A stretch of DNA of 63,414 bases, counting the filler, from Reclinomonas americana ATCC 50394 (taxonomy: Eukaryota): NCBI GenBank assembly GCA_048213135.1. It is 3 parts of 3 records of this genome, joined end to end, with 100 filler letters (N's around TTAATTAATTAA, not from the genome) between each part and the next. Parts side by side here need not be neighbours in the genome. Positions count along the whole stretch, not along the records: positions 1 to 19,784 come from PS015586.1; positions 19,885 to 50,657 come from PS015587.1; 1 more part is not named here. The stretch is one strand, 5' to 3'. The translations under genes were made by a program, and so were the position numbers. Below the pieces are notes generated by a model, which was not told the origin of the DNA, searched no databases, and saw only the letters and a program-made list of their open reading frames with translations. How positions within the stretch are numbered: position 1 is the first letter of the stretch; each line of letters starts with the position of its first letter. This document shows, piece after piece, positions 12,554 through 24,500 of the stretch.

Positions 12554-13501
12554 CCGCCGTCACATCCTTCTCCAGCTCCTCCACTCGCGTCAGTGCCCGT
12601 CTCCGCTCCTCCTCCAGCACTTCGTGCATGCGGCCGAGCTCCTTTTCCAGACGCTCAATGGCGCGGTCCACCTCACCCTTCAACTCCGCCTGTCGATCGT
12701 CCTTGGTGGGGCACGCGCACTCACCGCTGCCACTGGATGCACCCGCCGCCGAGTCAGCCACGTGGCCGGCGACCACCATGGTGTCGGTGTTGCTGCCGAG
12801 CGGCGAGCCGAGAGTCGGCACGCCCTGGATGCGAGCCACCGACAACTCCATCTGCCGAAGCTTCGACTGATCCGCCTCCAACTGCTGCTCCACCATGGTG
12901 AGCTTCTGTTGTGCCACATCCAACGCCGCCGATTGCTCCTTCAGCGCCTCAATCAGGATGGCGGTCAGCTGCTGGTAGTCCACCGTCGAAAACTGCATTG
13001 CAGATACTCTATAAGTACACGGTCATGCAAACTCTGTGTTTGGAGTCCAGACGCACCGTGGCAGCGGCGGTGCCTCCAGTAGGCGGCGCAGGAGGCTTGA
13101 TGGTGCGCACCACGTCGGGGAAGAGGGCGGCCAGCTCGTCGGCCAGAATGCCAAGCTCCTTCTGCCCCGGCACCTTACCCACCGCGCTGGCACTCTCGCT
13201 CCACACAATCTCCACTCCGTGCAGCTTCTGCAGGGCGGCAGAGACGATACGCTCGCGACCAAGCTGATTCGCAGGATTGTGAATCGGCGGCGCCGCCCTT
13301 TGACCAGCGCCAGCGGCGCTGTTGGGTCGAATCGGCTTCTTGTCCGCCACAAACGTCGCGTCGGCCACACTGACCGTGGCCAGCGGCAGCTCCACTCCAC
13401 TCCACTCTAGTCGCCAAAACGGCAGCGACACATCGGGTGAAACCGCGCGCGACACCACCTTGCCCTGCAGCTCCGGGTGCGATACCGCCGATCTCGAGTG
13501 G
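12554..13501 (-). CDS. Peptidase S74 / intramolecular-chaperone (tailspike/MYRF ICA) domain followed by coiled coil; contig probably reversed
   Basis: ALQKLHGVEIVW...ELGILADELAALFPDVV...|FSTVDYQQLTAILIEALKEQ matches the S74 pattern G.iAqe...P..V..VdY..l...LieA.Keq. Intron GTGCGT..TGCAG at ~13057-12993. Confidence 0.8.
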
Positions 13502-13518
13502 CTGGCGTCGACAAGCAC

Positions 13519-13558
<40 letters not shown>

Positions 13559-14027
13559 AGGGGAGGGAGGAGGACGGANNNNNNNNNNNNNNNNNNNNNN
13601 NNNNNNNNNNNNNNNNNNNNNNNNNNNNNNNNNNNNNNNNNNNNNNNNNNNNNNNNNNNNNNNNNNNNNNNNNNNNNNNNNNNNNNNNNNNNNNNNNNNN
13701 NNNNNNNNNNNNNNNNNNNNNNNNNNNNNNNNNNNNNNNNNNNNNNNNNNNNNNNNNNNNNNNNNNNNNNNNNNNNNNNNNNNNNNNNNNNNNNNNNNNN
13801 NNNNNNNNNNNNNNNNNNNNNNNNNNNNNNNNNNNNNNNNNNNNNNNNNNNNNNNNNNNNNNNNNNNNNNNNNNNNNNNNNNNNNNNNNNNNNNNNNNNN
13901 NNNNNNNNNNNNNNNNNNNNNNNNNNNNNNNNNNNNNNNNNNNNNNNNNNNNNNNNNNNNNNNNNNNNNNNNNNNNNNNNNNNNNNNNNNNNNNNNNNNN
14001 NNNNNNNNNNNNNNNNNNNNNNNNNNN

Positions 14028-14655
14028 AGCAGCTGCGCACAGAAGACGCTCGTGCGCAACTGGAGGTCGCCACTCTGGCCTTCCAGGAGGCCACTCGTCA
14101 AATGGCCGAGGAGCAGTCACGTCGCATGCAGTTGCAGGTGGAGGTCAAGGCGCTGCGGTCGGAGCTCGACGCTCAGATGGATGAGCAGTCGGGAGCGCTG
14201 CAGGAGCTGGCCGCCACCGGGCAGGCCATGGAGAAGATGGAGATCAAGCTGAACGCTCTCAAGAGCCGCGTACAGGAACTGGAGGTGGCCTCGATGGCTT
14301 CGGAGCAAGCGTGGGTGGAGGCGTCGGTGTCGGCCAAGACCAACGACGATGAGCACAGCCGCCATGTGTCCACGCTCACCCGCGCCATGCACGACTGCGA
14401 GTCGCAGCTCAGCACCTTGCACCGCATGTGCTACGTGGATGCCACGGAGGCGGCGGCCGAGAAGGCCGAAGAGATCGATCTGACTCGCCAGCTCAGCCTG
14501 ATGAAGAAGGTCGCTCTCGACTGCGAGTCGCAGCTCATGACATTGCGTCGACTGCACTTGCGTGGCACTACAANNNNNNNNNNNNNNNNNNNNCGAGCAA
14601 CGGCAGCAGCAGCAACGGCGACAGTAACGAGTCATCTGACACGCCATCGGTTTGA
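14028..14655 (+). CDS. Coiled-coil C-terminal part of the S74-domain protein
   Basis: Flipping 12554-13578 joins ..GAT GTG ACG GCG G + AG CAG CTG CGC = KDVTAEQLRTEDAR in frame. Internal duplication DCESQL x2. Likely stop TGA 14653-14655. Confidence 0.65.
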
Positions 14656-14724
14656 GTGTGGAAAGCCACGAATAATAGCAGTGAAAATTACAAAGATTGG
14701 TGTAAACACAATCACGTCTTTATC

Positions 14725-17700
14725 CTATGGACGAGTGCTACTCGAGAGACCACCAACAGGTGACACGGCCAGACTGCTGTGACGACTGGGTGAGTTCCAG
14801 CCACCAAATGGATCGTGGTCGAGTGCGGTGAGCTCCAAGCGCGAGGCGCGCGGTGTTTCGCTACCGCGCATCGCCGACGCCGAGCCGGCAGTGACCGATG
14901 GGCGATCACGATCGGCGGCCTTTGCTGCCACCGGCGACATGAATGTAGAGGGTGACAAGGATGCTCCGGGTGAGGAGGCAGAGGAGGAGGAAGACGAGGC
15001 GTCCTCGTCGTCCGGGATGTTGACCCAGTCGCCGTCCGTGTCCAACTCAAAGTGCGGACGCAAGGCACGGCGCTTGGACGCGCGCTCCTCGTCCGCCTTT
15101 TGTTGTTCCTTGGCGGCGACGGGCGCGCCATGGCGGCGGCGGCCGCTGCCACCGGCAGCTTGTCGCTCGCGAATCGGGTCCACGTCCTCCACCTGGACCT
15201 CTTCCTCTGGTTCATCGTCGTCCGTGTCGGAGAGTGCCGTGTCCACCGAGGCGGCGCCACTGTCCGTCGGACTCCACACCGGGGAGGACGGCATCCAGTG
15301 TCGAATGACGGGCGGGGATAGCCGTGGAGGCGGACTGGCCGCACTCGGGCTCTCCAACACCGACGCCACCGGCGACGTGAGCTCGCCAGAGCCGTTCAGC
15401 GCAGTCCGCGATGCGGCCTGCTCACGTCCCCACACAACGAGTCGTTCATCCTCCGAGATCACCGACGACGGAGTCGCAGGGTCATCTGCGATTCTCGCCG
15501 ACATCAGCGGGTGCATGCTGAAACTGCGCGCGCTGTCTGCTGCCTGCTCCTCCTCTGGCTGTCCATCGTCGCAGCTGACCGTCAGGCGCGCAGGTGCTCC
15601 CTCTACTTCACTCGGCAGGCGACGTGCTTGCCGCGCCGACAGCGGAATCCATGCAGCACCAGCAGCGGCGGCGCTGCTGGTGCTGTTGCTGGTCGTGGTG
15701 GTGGTGGTGGAGGTGGTGGTGGTGGCGTTGGCGGTCGCCGTGGCAGACGAGTGCAATCCAATCATCTGCATCAGCTCCTCGTGCGCCTGCTGCTGACGCG
15801 GCGTCAACATGCGACGCGCCTGCGCCCTTCGGCGCGCAGCAAACGATCGTTTCGTCTCCATTTGCGTGGACATGCGGGCGCCCGTGCGAGGCGCCTGCGA
15901 CTGTGGCACTGGCACGTGCTCCGCAGCAGGTCCCTTTTGCTGTTGTTGCTGGTAATGCAGGCCGTGAACATCGAGTTGCAACGAAGGCGCGTCGGCAGAG
16001 TGGTGAGGCAGCTGTAATCTCGGCATGGTCACCGGCGCGCGGGCCGACGACGACGAAGCATCGGCCAGGACCAGCATAGGCAGCAAAGGCGTAGTGGTCA
16101 GCGCCTGTGTGGGCGGTGCTGGCGGTGGTGTTGGTGGTGACGGTGACGGTGGAGGCAGCATTGAAGGAGATGGAGACATGGAGGAGCGCATCGGCGGTGG
16201 TGTCGGTGTCGACGGCGAGCGCATGGTCTGCAACGAAGGAGTGGGCAGCGGGGCCGGCAAGCGCGACTGCACCGCAGCCAGCAGGGTGGTCGTCGGCGAG
16301 GCAGGCAAGAAGAGCGCCGACTTGACGGGGCGCTGCGGCGAGGCACTGCGCGACTTGAGCGAATTCGGTCTCATCACCGACTGGATGGCCGCGGCACGGC
16401 GCACCGGCAGCGCCGCAGCACCCGCAGGCGGAAGAGGTGCCGGCGGTGGCAGTGAGGCAGTCGATGCTGATGATGGCAGTGGTGGTGGTGGTGGTGGTGG
16501 CGGAGGTGGTGGTGGCGGCGGAGGTGGTGGTGGTGGCGCTACGACCGGGTGAGACGAGGCAGGGTTCATGGGAATAAGTTGCGTCAGGGACGCCACGCTG
16601 CGCAATCGGCTTCGGCGACGCGGAGTGGGTTGTACAGGCTCCTTGGGCACCAACTGCGAGGCAGTGAGGTGGGGTGAGGGGAGGAGAGGAGAACAGATGA
16701 ATCGAAGACAAGACGCAACGGCGCTCTGCGAGTCGTGTGACGCGTCAGTGCGTGCACTGAGCGGACCACGCGCGCTGACGGGGTGCTGGTGGTCCGACGA
16801 CGACGAGCGGCTGGAGGGTCGTGATGACTGCTCGACGTGAGCCGACGGCAACATGGATGTCGAGTGGATGGCCAGCGGCGGGACCTGCGCTTCACTCGGG
16901 GACGAGGCCCGCGGCCGCCGACGGCGTGCGGTGGTGGTGGTGGTGGAAGGGAAGGGTCGGCGGTCGCAGATGGGTGGGCGATGGGGATCGGAGGGTGGGA
17001 GGTGGACTGCGATGAAGGGGTGAGACGAGAAGAAATGAAGAGAAGGCAGGAGAAGTAAGAGGGAGGGAGAGGGAGAGGGAGGGAGAGGGAGGGAGAGAGA
17101 GAAAGAGAAAGAGAGGGAGAGGGAGGGAGAAAAAGAAACAAGGGAATGACGAGAAGAGAAGTGTATGCGCTCGGAGGAGGATCGTGCGGTTCAGGGAACA
17201 CGTGGAGAGAGAGGGGGGAGAAAGAAAGAGTGAGAGAGAGCAACAGGGGACACGCAAAGGCCGAGTGGAAGGAGGAGAAGAGAGGTGTATGCGATCGGAG
17301 AAAGAAACAATGGGATCAGACGCGCGGAATACGTAGAGAGAGGAGGGAGAGAGGGAGAGTGCCAACACCCCTCCACACCAACGAGGCAGACAGACACAAA
17401 GCGAACCATCGCCAGCAGCAAGTCAGTAACGAAACGAAGCAAGCTACACAACCCCACGCGCGCAGTCAATCTCGCCAAAAGCCACTGCCGACCTCACAAT
17501 CGCGCCTCCCTCCCTCCCTCCCCTCGCCTCCACACTTACCCTCGCCTCCCGCCTGCCTCCTCCGCCTCGGTCGACTGCTCGCACCCGCCGGTTTGCCCAC
17601 CGACGCACCCACCAACAGCACATCAATCAAACTATTGTTGCTGCTGTTGTGCAAGTGAGTGGACGAGTAGCCGCCCACCATGGCCGTCGTGGACACTGTC

Positions 17701-18180
17701 GAGGATGCCAGCGACACTGACGACACAAGCCGACGCAGCGGTTGAAGAGCACGACGATTTTCCGCATCGCTTCCTTCCTCCTCCTGCTCATCATCATCAT
17801 CACTCTGCTCGCCTCCCTCCTCCTGCTGTTGCGATACAACATTCTCATCCACTTTGTCGTCCACAATGGCCAGAGGGCGACGTGGTGCACGCGCAGTCGG
17901 AGGTGCCGAAGACGATGAGGAGGCGGCCATCACAGCGAGAAAGTGTGCAAAGCGCGGTGATGCGGGAATGTGCTGGTGTGGGGAGTGAGCAGAGGTGTCG
18001 TGTGTGACAGAGAGGGAGTGTGAGTGAGCTCACCGCGGAGAGTGGAACCATGACGAAGCTTGTGTCTTTCGGAGCCGATGTCGTTTTTGTAGCAGTGGTG
18101 GTTGTGGTTGTGGTGGGAATGGTGATGGTGGTGCCGTTTCCGCGTGATCGCGCGGGCACGAGGAAGCCCAGGTCAATCAT
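14725..18180 (-). CDS. Pro/Ser-rich low-complexity hypothetical protein (multi-exon)
   Basis: Terminal open frame of about 1.9 kb with poly-P, poly-T, poly-Q and acidic tracts. Upstream exons MIDLGFLVPARSRG.. and ..RRPLAIVDDKVDENV.. are separated by CT-rich introns. Confidence 0.6.
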
Positions 18181-18489
18181 CGGGATTGAGGGGGGAGAGA
18201 GAGAGAGCCGAAGGATGCGCGCTCTTGTGTCAGTGAAAATCGCTTCTTATTCGTTCGAATTTCAACGACCACGATTACGGCATGCAGTACGCAGCGCATT
18301 TATTGCAATACAGCACGTGCCGTCCCACGGACCGAGATGCGTGGAGGAGGAGGGCGGCTAGAAGGAGGGGAAGGAGAGGGAATGGGGAAGCGAAGAAGGG
18401 GGATTTAAAGGGGACAAAGCAAACATAACGCACGTGCAAAAAAACGGACATGTTGATTTCGGACAAAGCAGAAAGCTTGAGCAAGCGAA

Positions 18490-18870
18490 TATTATTCACT
18501 GCTTAGCAAGCAGCAGGTGCTGCCTGGATGGCTAAGATTTATTGCATCCAAAATATCGACACAAACACCAAGCTTGATCAATGAGTGCAGCAGCAGGTTT
18601 TCTTGTGTGTGTGTTCGCTCTCGGAGATTTGAACAAGTCGATATCTGCGATCTTCACCACATAAGCGTGGCTGAACAGTGGATTTGATGCACTTGCATGG
18701 ATGCATTGTGTTCTCTGCGGTCATATGTGACATATCGAAGTCGGGAAAGGCCATGGCCAGGCAAACAAAGCAAGGTTGGGTCCGGATCCGTGAAGCGAGC
18801 AAAACAGTGGACGCGTCGTCGTTTGTGGTGTGGTAAACAAAAGGGAGAGCACGTCATGTTGTTGGATGAA
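18490..18870 (-). repeat. Dispersed non-coding repeat, copy 1 (homologous to 45550-45956)
   Basis: The reverse complement shares colinear blocks with the 45.6-45.9 kb region: CTTCACGGATCCGGACCC, TGCAAGTGCRTCAAATCCACTG, GAAGATCGCAG, CTCCGAGAGCGAACACACACACA and AACCTGCTGCTGC. Confidence 0.85.
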
Positions 18871-19315
18871 CATCAGCAATTCATTCGTCAGCAGGGTGAG
18901 ACCGCGCGCCGGAGGTTGGCACACGAAATCCGATGCACACGATCACGAGAACGGCCGTTTTTCGACATAGCGGTCGCAAAGAGCACTCGATATTTGGGAG
19001 ACGCGAGACCAAGGTGATCCTTCTCAAGTCCACCAACATGCAGCGAAACCCGCACCGGTACAGCGTTCGAATTCATTCAAAGTTTGAACATCGCGACGCT
19101 GCCGAGCTGCAAGCCCCAATCGAGTTCGTCCATCAACCACCCGCCTTCGGTATGCCGCGCGTCGTTGCACCGTTACCCACCAAGTTAACCCGCACTTTTG
19201 CGATTTTCTGTTTTCGGTTTTTCGCTCAAATCAGTTTTCGGACGGTCGGTCGCCTCTCACACAAAATTCGTGCCAATCGGCGAGAGAAAGACACACAGCC
19301 ACTCTTTCGCAGCAG

Positions 19316-19735
19316 ATGGAGATCCCGCAGAACGTCGCCTGGTCCGCCTTTGGCATGGCCACCAACAGCGCACCAGCAGCCGCCGCCGCCGCCGCCGCTG
19401 CTGCGTCATCATCCTCCACTGTCCCGGTTCTGCTGGTGGCGGTGGTGGGCGCTCTGCTGCTGGCCTCGGTGTGCCTGCTGCTCATTGTCGAGTGGCCGTA
19501 CCGCAACATGTCGCCACTGATGGCCGCCGTGATGAAGCAACGACAGCAGCAGCAACAGCAGCAACAGCAGCAATCACAAGAAGATGACGAGTTTTCGTTC
19601 CTGCTCTCACCGCCGCCCGTGCGGCCACGACGCGAACGCATGGCGCATGTGGATGAACTCCGCGAGGAGGTGGTGGCGGAGATGATGGCGGAGAGCAAGC
19701 GCGAGGAGATGACGCGTCGCTTGGGTCGTTTGTTG
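19316..19735 (+). CDS. Hypothetical single-pass membrane protein, 5' part (interrupted by gap/spacer)
   Basis: Open frame with poly-A, a hydrophobic helix VPVLLVAVVGALLLASVCLLLIV, poly-Q and a charged helix, followed by a T-rich intron-like tract and an N gap. Confidence 0.5.
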
Positions 19736-19828
19736 GGTGCGTTTTTTTCTTCGTTTTTTCCTCCCTCCCCCCTTCTGACCACGTNNNNNNNNNNNNNNNN
19801 NNNNNNNNNNNNNNNNNNNNNNNNNNNN

Positions 19829-19840
19829 TTAATTAATTAA
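19829..19840. other. Artificial assembly spacer TTAATTAATTAA
   Basis: Isolated 12-mer between N runs with stop codons in all six frames; an identical copy is at 50702-50713. Confidence 0.95.
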
Positions 19841-20144
19841 NNNNNNNNNNNNNNNNNNNNNNNNNNNNNNNNNNNNNNNNNNNNGGCAACTACGAGGAGA
19901 GGGTTTCTCCATGCAATACAATTGCAATTCACGTGAAGCTCGACGGCCACATGTATTGACTTGCCGAGGCCACGAGACAGGGATCGGAAGCAAAAAAAGC
20001 CTAAAAATACGCTCTCTCCTGTACAAGTTAGTTCACTGTGTGATGGACATATCGATCCACGCTGCATAGAGGCAGCACCACCTCGCCGATGGAACAACGC
20101 GGAATCATCTTCGGTAAGCCTGCGTTTTTTTATTTGCAAGCTTC

Positions 20145-21366
20145 TCACAGGCACGACTCGGGATCCAAACTGCGCCGATACAGCACCACCGCAGCATCCT
20201 CGACGATGAAGCAACGCAACACCATCTCCGGCAAGCACCGCAAAGCCACGTCCTCCTCTGCTCCCTCCCGCTGCATCTCCTGCACCGCCAGCATGGCCGC
20301 ACGCGCACCGTCAAGCTCCCATCGGGCGAGGCCGCACGGAGTGGACCACATTCGTAACATCTTGTCTATGCCCCCACTGACAACGTGCTGACCATCGGGA
20401 GTGACGACGACAGACACAATCAGATCGGTGTATCCTTTCGTGTGTTGCACTTGAAGTCCACTCACGAGCGACCACACTCGCACGGTTGCGTCGGTGCCTC
20501 CACTCACCACGTGCAGGCCACTGGGAGACACAGCGACAGACCTCACCAGATTGGAGTGTCCTTGCAGTCGCTGCACTTCCTCACCACTCGCGACAGACCA
20601 CACGCGCACAGTCTTGTCACCACTGCCGCTGACAATGTGATGGCCGTCGGGAGTGACAGCGACAGAAAGCACCCATCCAGCGTGCCCCTCCAGTTGTCGC
20701 AATTGCTCGCCAGTCGTCAGCGACCACACCCGTACAGTGCTGTTCCTGCTCCCACTCACCACGTGCTTGCCGTCGGGAGTGACAGCCACACACATCACCC
20801 ATGCAGTGTGTCCCCTCAACCGGCGCACTTCTTCGCCACTCGCCAGCGACCACACTCGCACCGTCTTGTCTGTACCCCCACTCACAACAAGCTGACCATC
20901 GGGAGTGACAGCCACAGACATCACCTCCTCAGTGTGCCCCTCCAACCGTCGCACCTCCTCACCACTCGCCAGTGACCACACTCGTACAGTCTTGTCCTTG
21001 CTCCCACTCACAACAAGCTGACCGTTGGGGGTGATGGCGACAGACATCACCTCCTCCGTGTGCCCCTCCATCTGTTGCACCTCCTCGCCGCTCACCACAC
21101 TCCACACTCGTACAGTCATATCCTCTCCCCCGCTCACAATGTGACGACCATCTGCAGCAATGGCAACAGATCGCACACAACCAGTGTGCCCAATGAGGCA
21201 CTTGGAGGGGAGGAGAGGTGGAGACAGAGTGAGCGACATGCGAAAATATGATTGAGTGTTGTAGGACGCGACGGACGTTGCCTGCGAGGTTCCTCTCCAT
21301 GGCATTCAAGCATCTAGCAGCCGCCTGGTCGAAGCCCACCACAACACTCGAGTTGTCCACATTCAT
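20145..21366 (-). CDS. 7-repeat WD40 protein with high internal repeat similarity and a short C-terminal helical tail
   Basis: Seven 42-aa (126-bp) repeats GH...V.sVAvtpDG..vVSG..D.TVRVWSl.sGeev..l in one exon (21200-20145). Probable short first exon from ATG 21366 with intron 21276-21201. Confidence 0.92.
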
Positions 21367-21582
21367 TGCTTCATTTCACATACTATTTTTTCACCTCACT
21401 CGTCGACGCTTCACATCCGGAGCCTGCCACCACCACCAGCCGTCAGTCATGCACACTGCCAACACCCGGAGATGCAAAACCTACGCAACATCAGCATCAT
21501 CTGCATCCACCAGCGACCGACGTCGCGCAGCCGCTGCCGCCGGCGAACTCAGTGCGCCGCGTTTCTGGGAATTCAAAGCCTG

Positions 21583-24500
21583 TCAAACCAACTCTCCAAC
21601 ACCCTGGAAAACCTCCTCATCACGGCACGCAACTCGGCGACTGTCATCCTCCTCCTCCTCCTCCTCGTCCTCCATCACTTCTTCTTCCGCCACCACCTCC
21701 TCCTCCTCTGCACCCTCCTCCATCTCCACATCTCCACCGTCGTCTTCCTCCTCCACCTTGACCTCCACCTCTTCCTCTCCTGCCGCCTCGCCTCCACCCT
21801 CTTCGTCCTCCATCTCCTGCTCCTCTTCGGCGGCCTCGAGGCACTTGCGCACCACAGACTCCTTGATGCGGAAATCGCGGATCGTGCTCCGCTTGAAATA
21901 CCGCATGAGGTCCACTTGCCGCTGTGTGGAACAAAAAGTCAGCGCCTGCAAAAAGAAAATCGCCGACACTTGTCACCACGTCGCGCAACATTGGTCTGCT
22001 TGGTCACGCGGATGAGGTGCCGTTCAAACTGCTCAATGTGGAAAATGAGGTTGGGCACCAGGCTGAGGGCACGCGAGATTTTGACGTCGGCCCCCTGCGC
22101 CTCTTGCACGGTCATGTACACGTGCTCGGTCAGCTGCTTGCCAACATACATGATGAGATTCTGGGCCTGTGCCGGCAGTGCGCGGATTTTGCGCGACAAT
22201 ATCTGCCTACGAGAGTGAGGAAGAGGGAAAAAGAGAAGCCATTCGTGTGCGAGAGCACGCACCAACTTGGCCAGCACTGTCAGCACACGAAAGTGGTTGC
22301 CGAGGACGCGTACCAACGATTCGAGGCACTGCGGCGTGAGAATGCACTGGCACATGTTGTCGAGGACGGTGCAGAGTCTGCAATACTCTCCGCCGTCAGC
22401 AAACACACACAGAGGAAATGAATGATGCAGCACTCCAGGCGCAACTGGTGGGCTCGAATGTACTGCGCCTTCTCGCGATCGTGCAGTTCGTTCAGCTGAC
22501 GCTCGTTCATGCGCGACGGTCCAGAGGCCGCGGCTGACGATTCATGTATGAGCGCGAGGACACTTCACACGTATTTTCCTGACACACACGCACCGCTCTC
22601 CAACTGATAGGCGGTGCGCACGGCAGCCACGTTCGAGTCAATGAGAGCCAACGCATCGTCGACACCTTTCAACAAGGCCTGCAATACTCGCCAGTGAAAA
22701 CCAGAAAGAAAATATGGTGACGAGAAGACCACACACCGTGCACGAAATGGCCACGGTGTTGGAGTTGATGATGCTGTAGTGGAGCACGGACTCCTCCCGC
22801 GAGTACGTGTTTTGCTGGCCTTTGACGATCTTGATGTCTTGCGAGGCGTGCACCAGCTGTCGCACAGCCACACATCGATCAGCGTACGCACCAGACCATC
22901 GTGTGTCAAGAACGAGAGCAGCACACACACACACCGGATCAAACTCAACCAGCATCACGCTGAGATCGCTAATGAGTGACATGACGACTGCCGCCAGGCC
23001 CGGCATGTTGCCGCACTCGTTTTGCGCAATACCTGCGGCCCTCCCGTGAATTAGATCGACGACAACGTACGCTTCTCACACGCACGATGACAAACCCTCG
23101 GCCCAGTCGAGATGCGACTTGAGCAGCGCCGCCGGCAACATGCGCACTTTGCAGCAAAAGTAATGCACCACAGTCGACAGCACCTCGGCCTCGCGCAGCG
23201 AGCCGCGCACGACAATGAGGGCAATGTATCGCTGCATTTTGAGTGGCAACAATTTCATGAGAGGGCGAGGCAGCAAGCACACACTCCGCACTCAGCACCC
23301 ATATTACCTCGAGACAATCCAGCCACGACGAACACACGGCCAACGGGTCCGCGTGGTTCACGTTGACGGCTGTGCGCGGACGAGTGAGTGAGTATACACG
23401 TAACACAGACTACTCTCCACCACGCGACCACTCAACTGGCCGTGCCGTCGCTCTCGATGGCCTTCTTGATGGGCTCGAGAATCATTCCGAGTGCCTCGGC
23501 CTGTTGTGCCTTGTCGGGCACCATATCTGGATTGAGTAGCACCACCAGCGCCTCGTGCAGACACGTCGCACACATGAGCGAAGCCGTGACCGTCTGTCGC
23601 ACACGATGGGACAGACAAGCGAGGAAAGGTGAGAGAGCGAAATTACGCAGAGTTGTTGCACACAAGCAGAATACGCAACATCCTTGGCCTTGTCGTGCCG
23701 CCCCGAGTGCTGTCGCAACATCAGTGCCAGCTGCTGCGCCAGCAGGCCTCCCAATTCCAAATACGTGTTGCGTTCCTCCGTCCTTGGCTGCGTTGCGTAC
23801 TGCACATAGAGGGAACAACGATTAACAGAGTGAGCGAGAGACACTCGCGATTCTCCGCCTTTAAAAAAAGAAAACACACCTGTGCCACCTGGTGCTGTAC
23901 GAGAGCGAAAATGTACTTGCGGAAGCCATCGTTTTCCTCCAGTGCCTCAATACGTGCCTTGGTCTCGTCGTCACACAACTGCGCCCCACCGCACAAAGTC
24001 AGCAACAATGCAGAAAGCGCATTGCGCGCAATCACCACGCACTTCGTGCGCCTCTCCCTGCATCAAGCGAAGTGCACTCGCAGTAAAGGCCACATTCAAG
24101 AATGCCGACGGGAATCGCTGATCGAATTGCGACACGGCCATGGCAGGTCCAGTGGCCTTGGAAGATCGACCACCTGTACGCAATCGAGCGCGAAGGGGTT
24201 GAGTGACAGCGTGGTGTTGTCGATCGACGGCATCACTCACTCTTCTTCGACGACGACGCGCCCTTGCTGGAGGCACCGCTGCCGGAGATGCCGTCTCGGA
24301 CCAGCTGTTTCAGTGCGGCGTACGTCTCGTAGGCAGTGATGAGACCATCCACTCCAGCCGGCACTTCGCACGTTTGCACGGCGTATTCCATGCACACCTA
24401 CAACCGACAAGAGTGAGAATTATTGTGCTCATGTGCGCATGTGACACAGCATTCGTGCGTCATTTTCCTACTTCATACAACCCGAGGAGCGTCAGTCCAC

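Noticed and set aside
12554..13501. Prophage or endogenous virus suggested by the S74 domain
   Set aside because: The gene has spliceosomal introns and host-like composition, and no capsid, integrase or packaging genes are nearby.
19829..19840. TTAATTAATTAA as a piggyBac TTAA site or telomere-like motif (also 50702-50713)
   Set aside because: It is isolated within N runs and has stops in all six frames. The reading frame rejoins across the second copy, so it is an assembly spacer.
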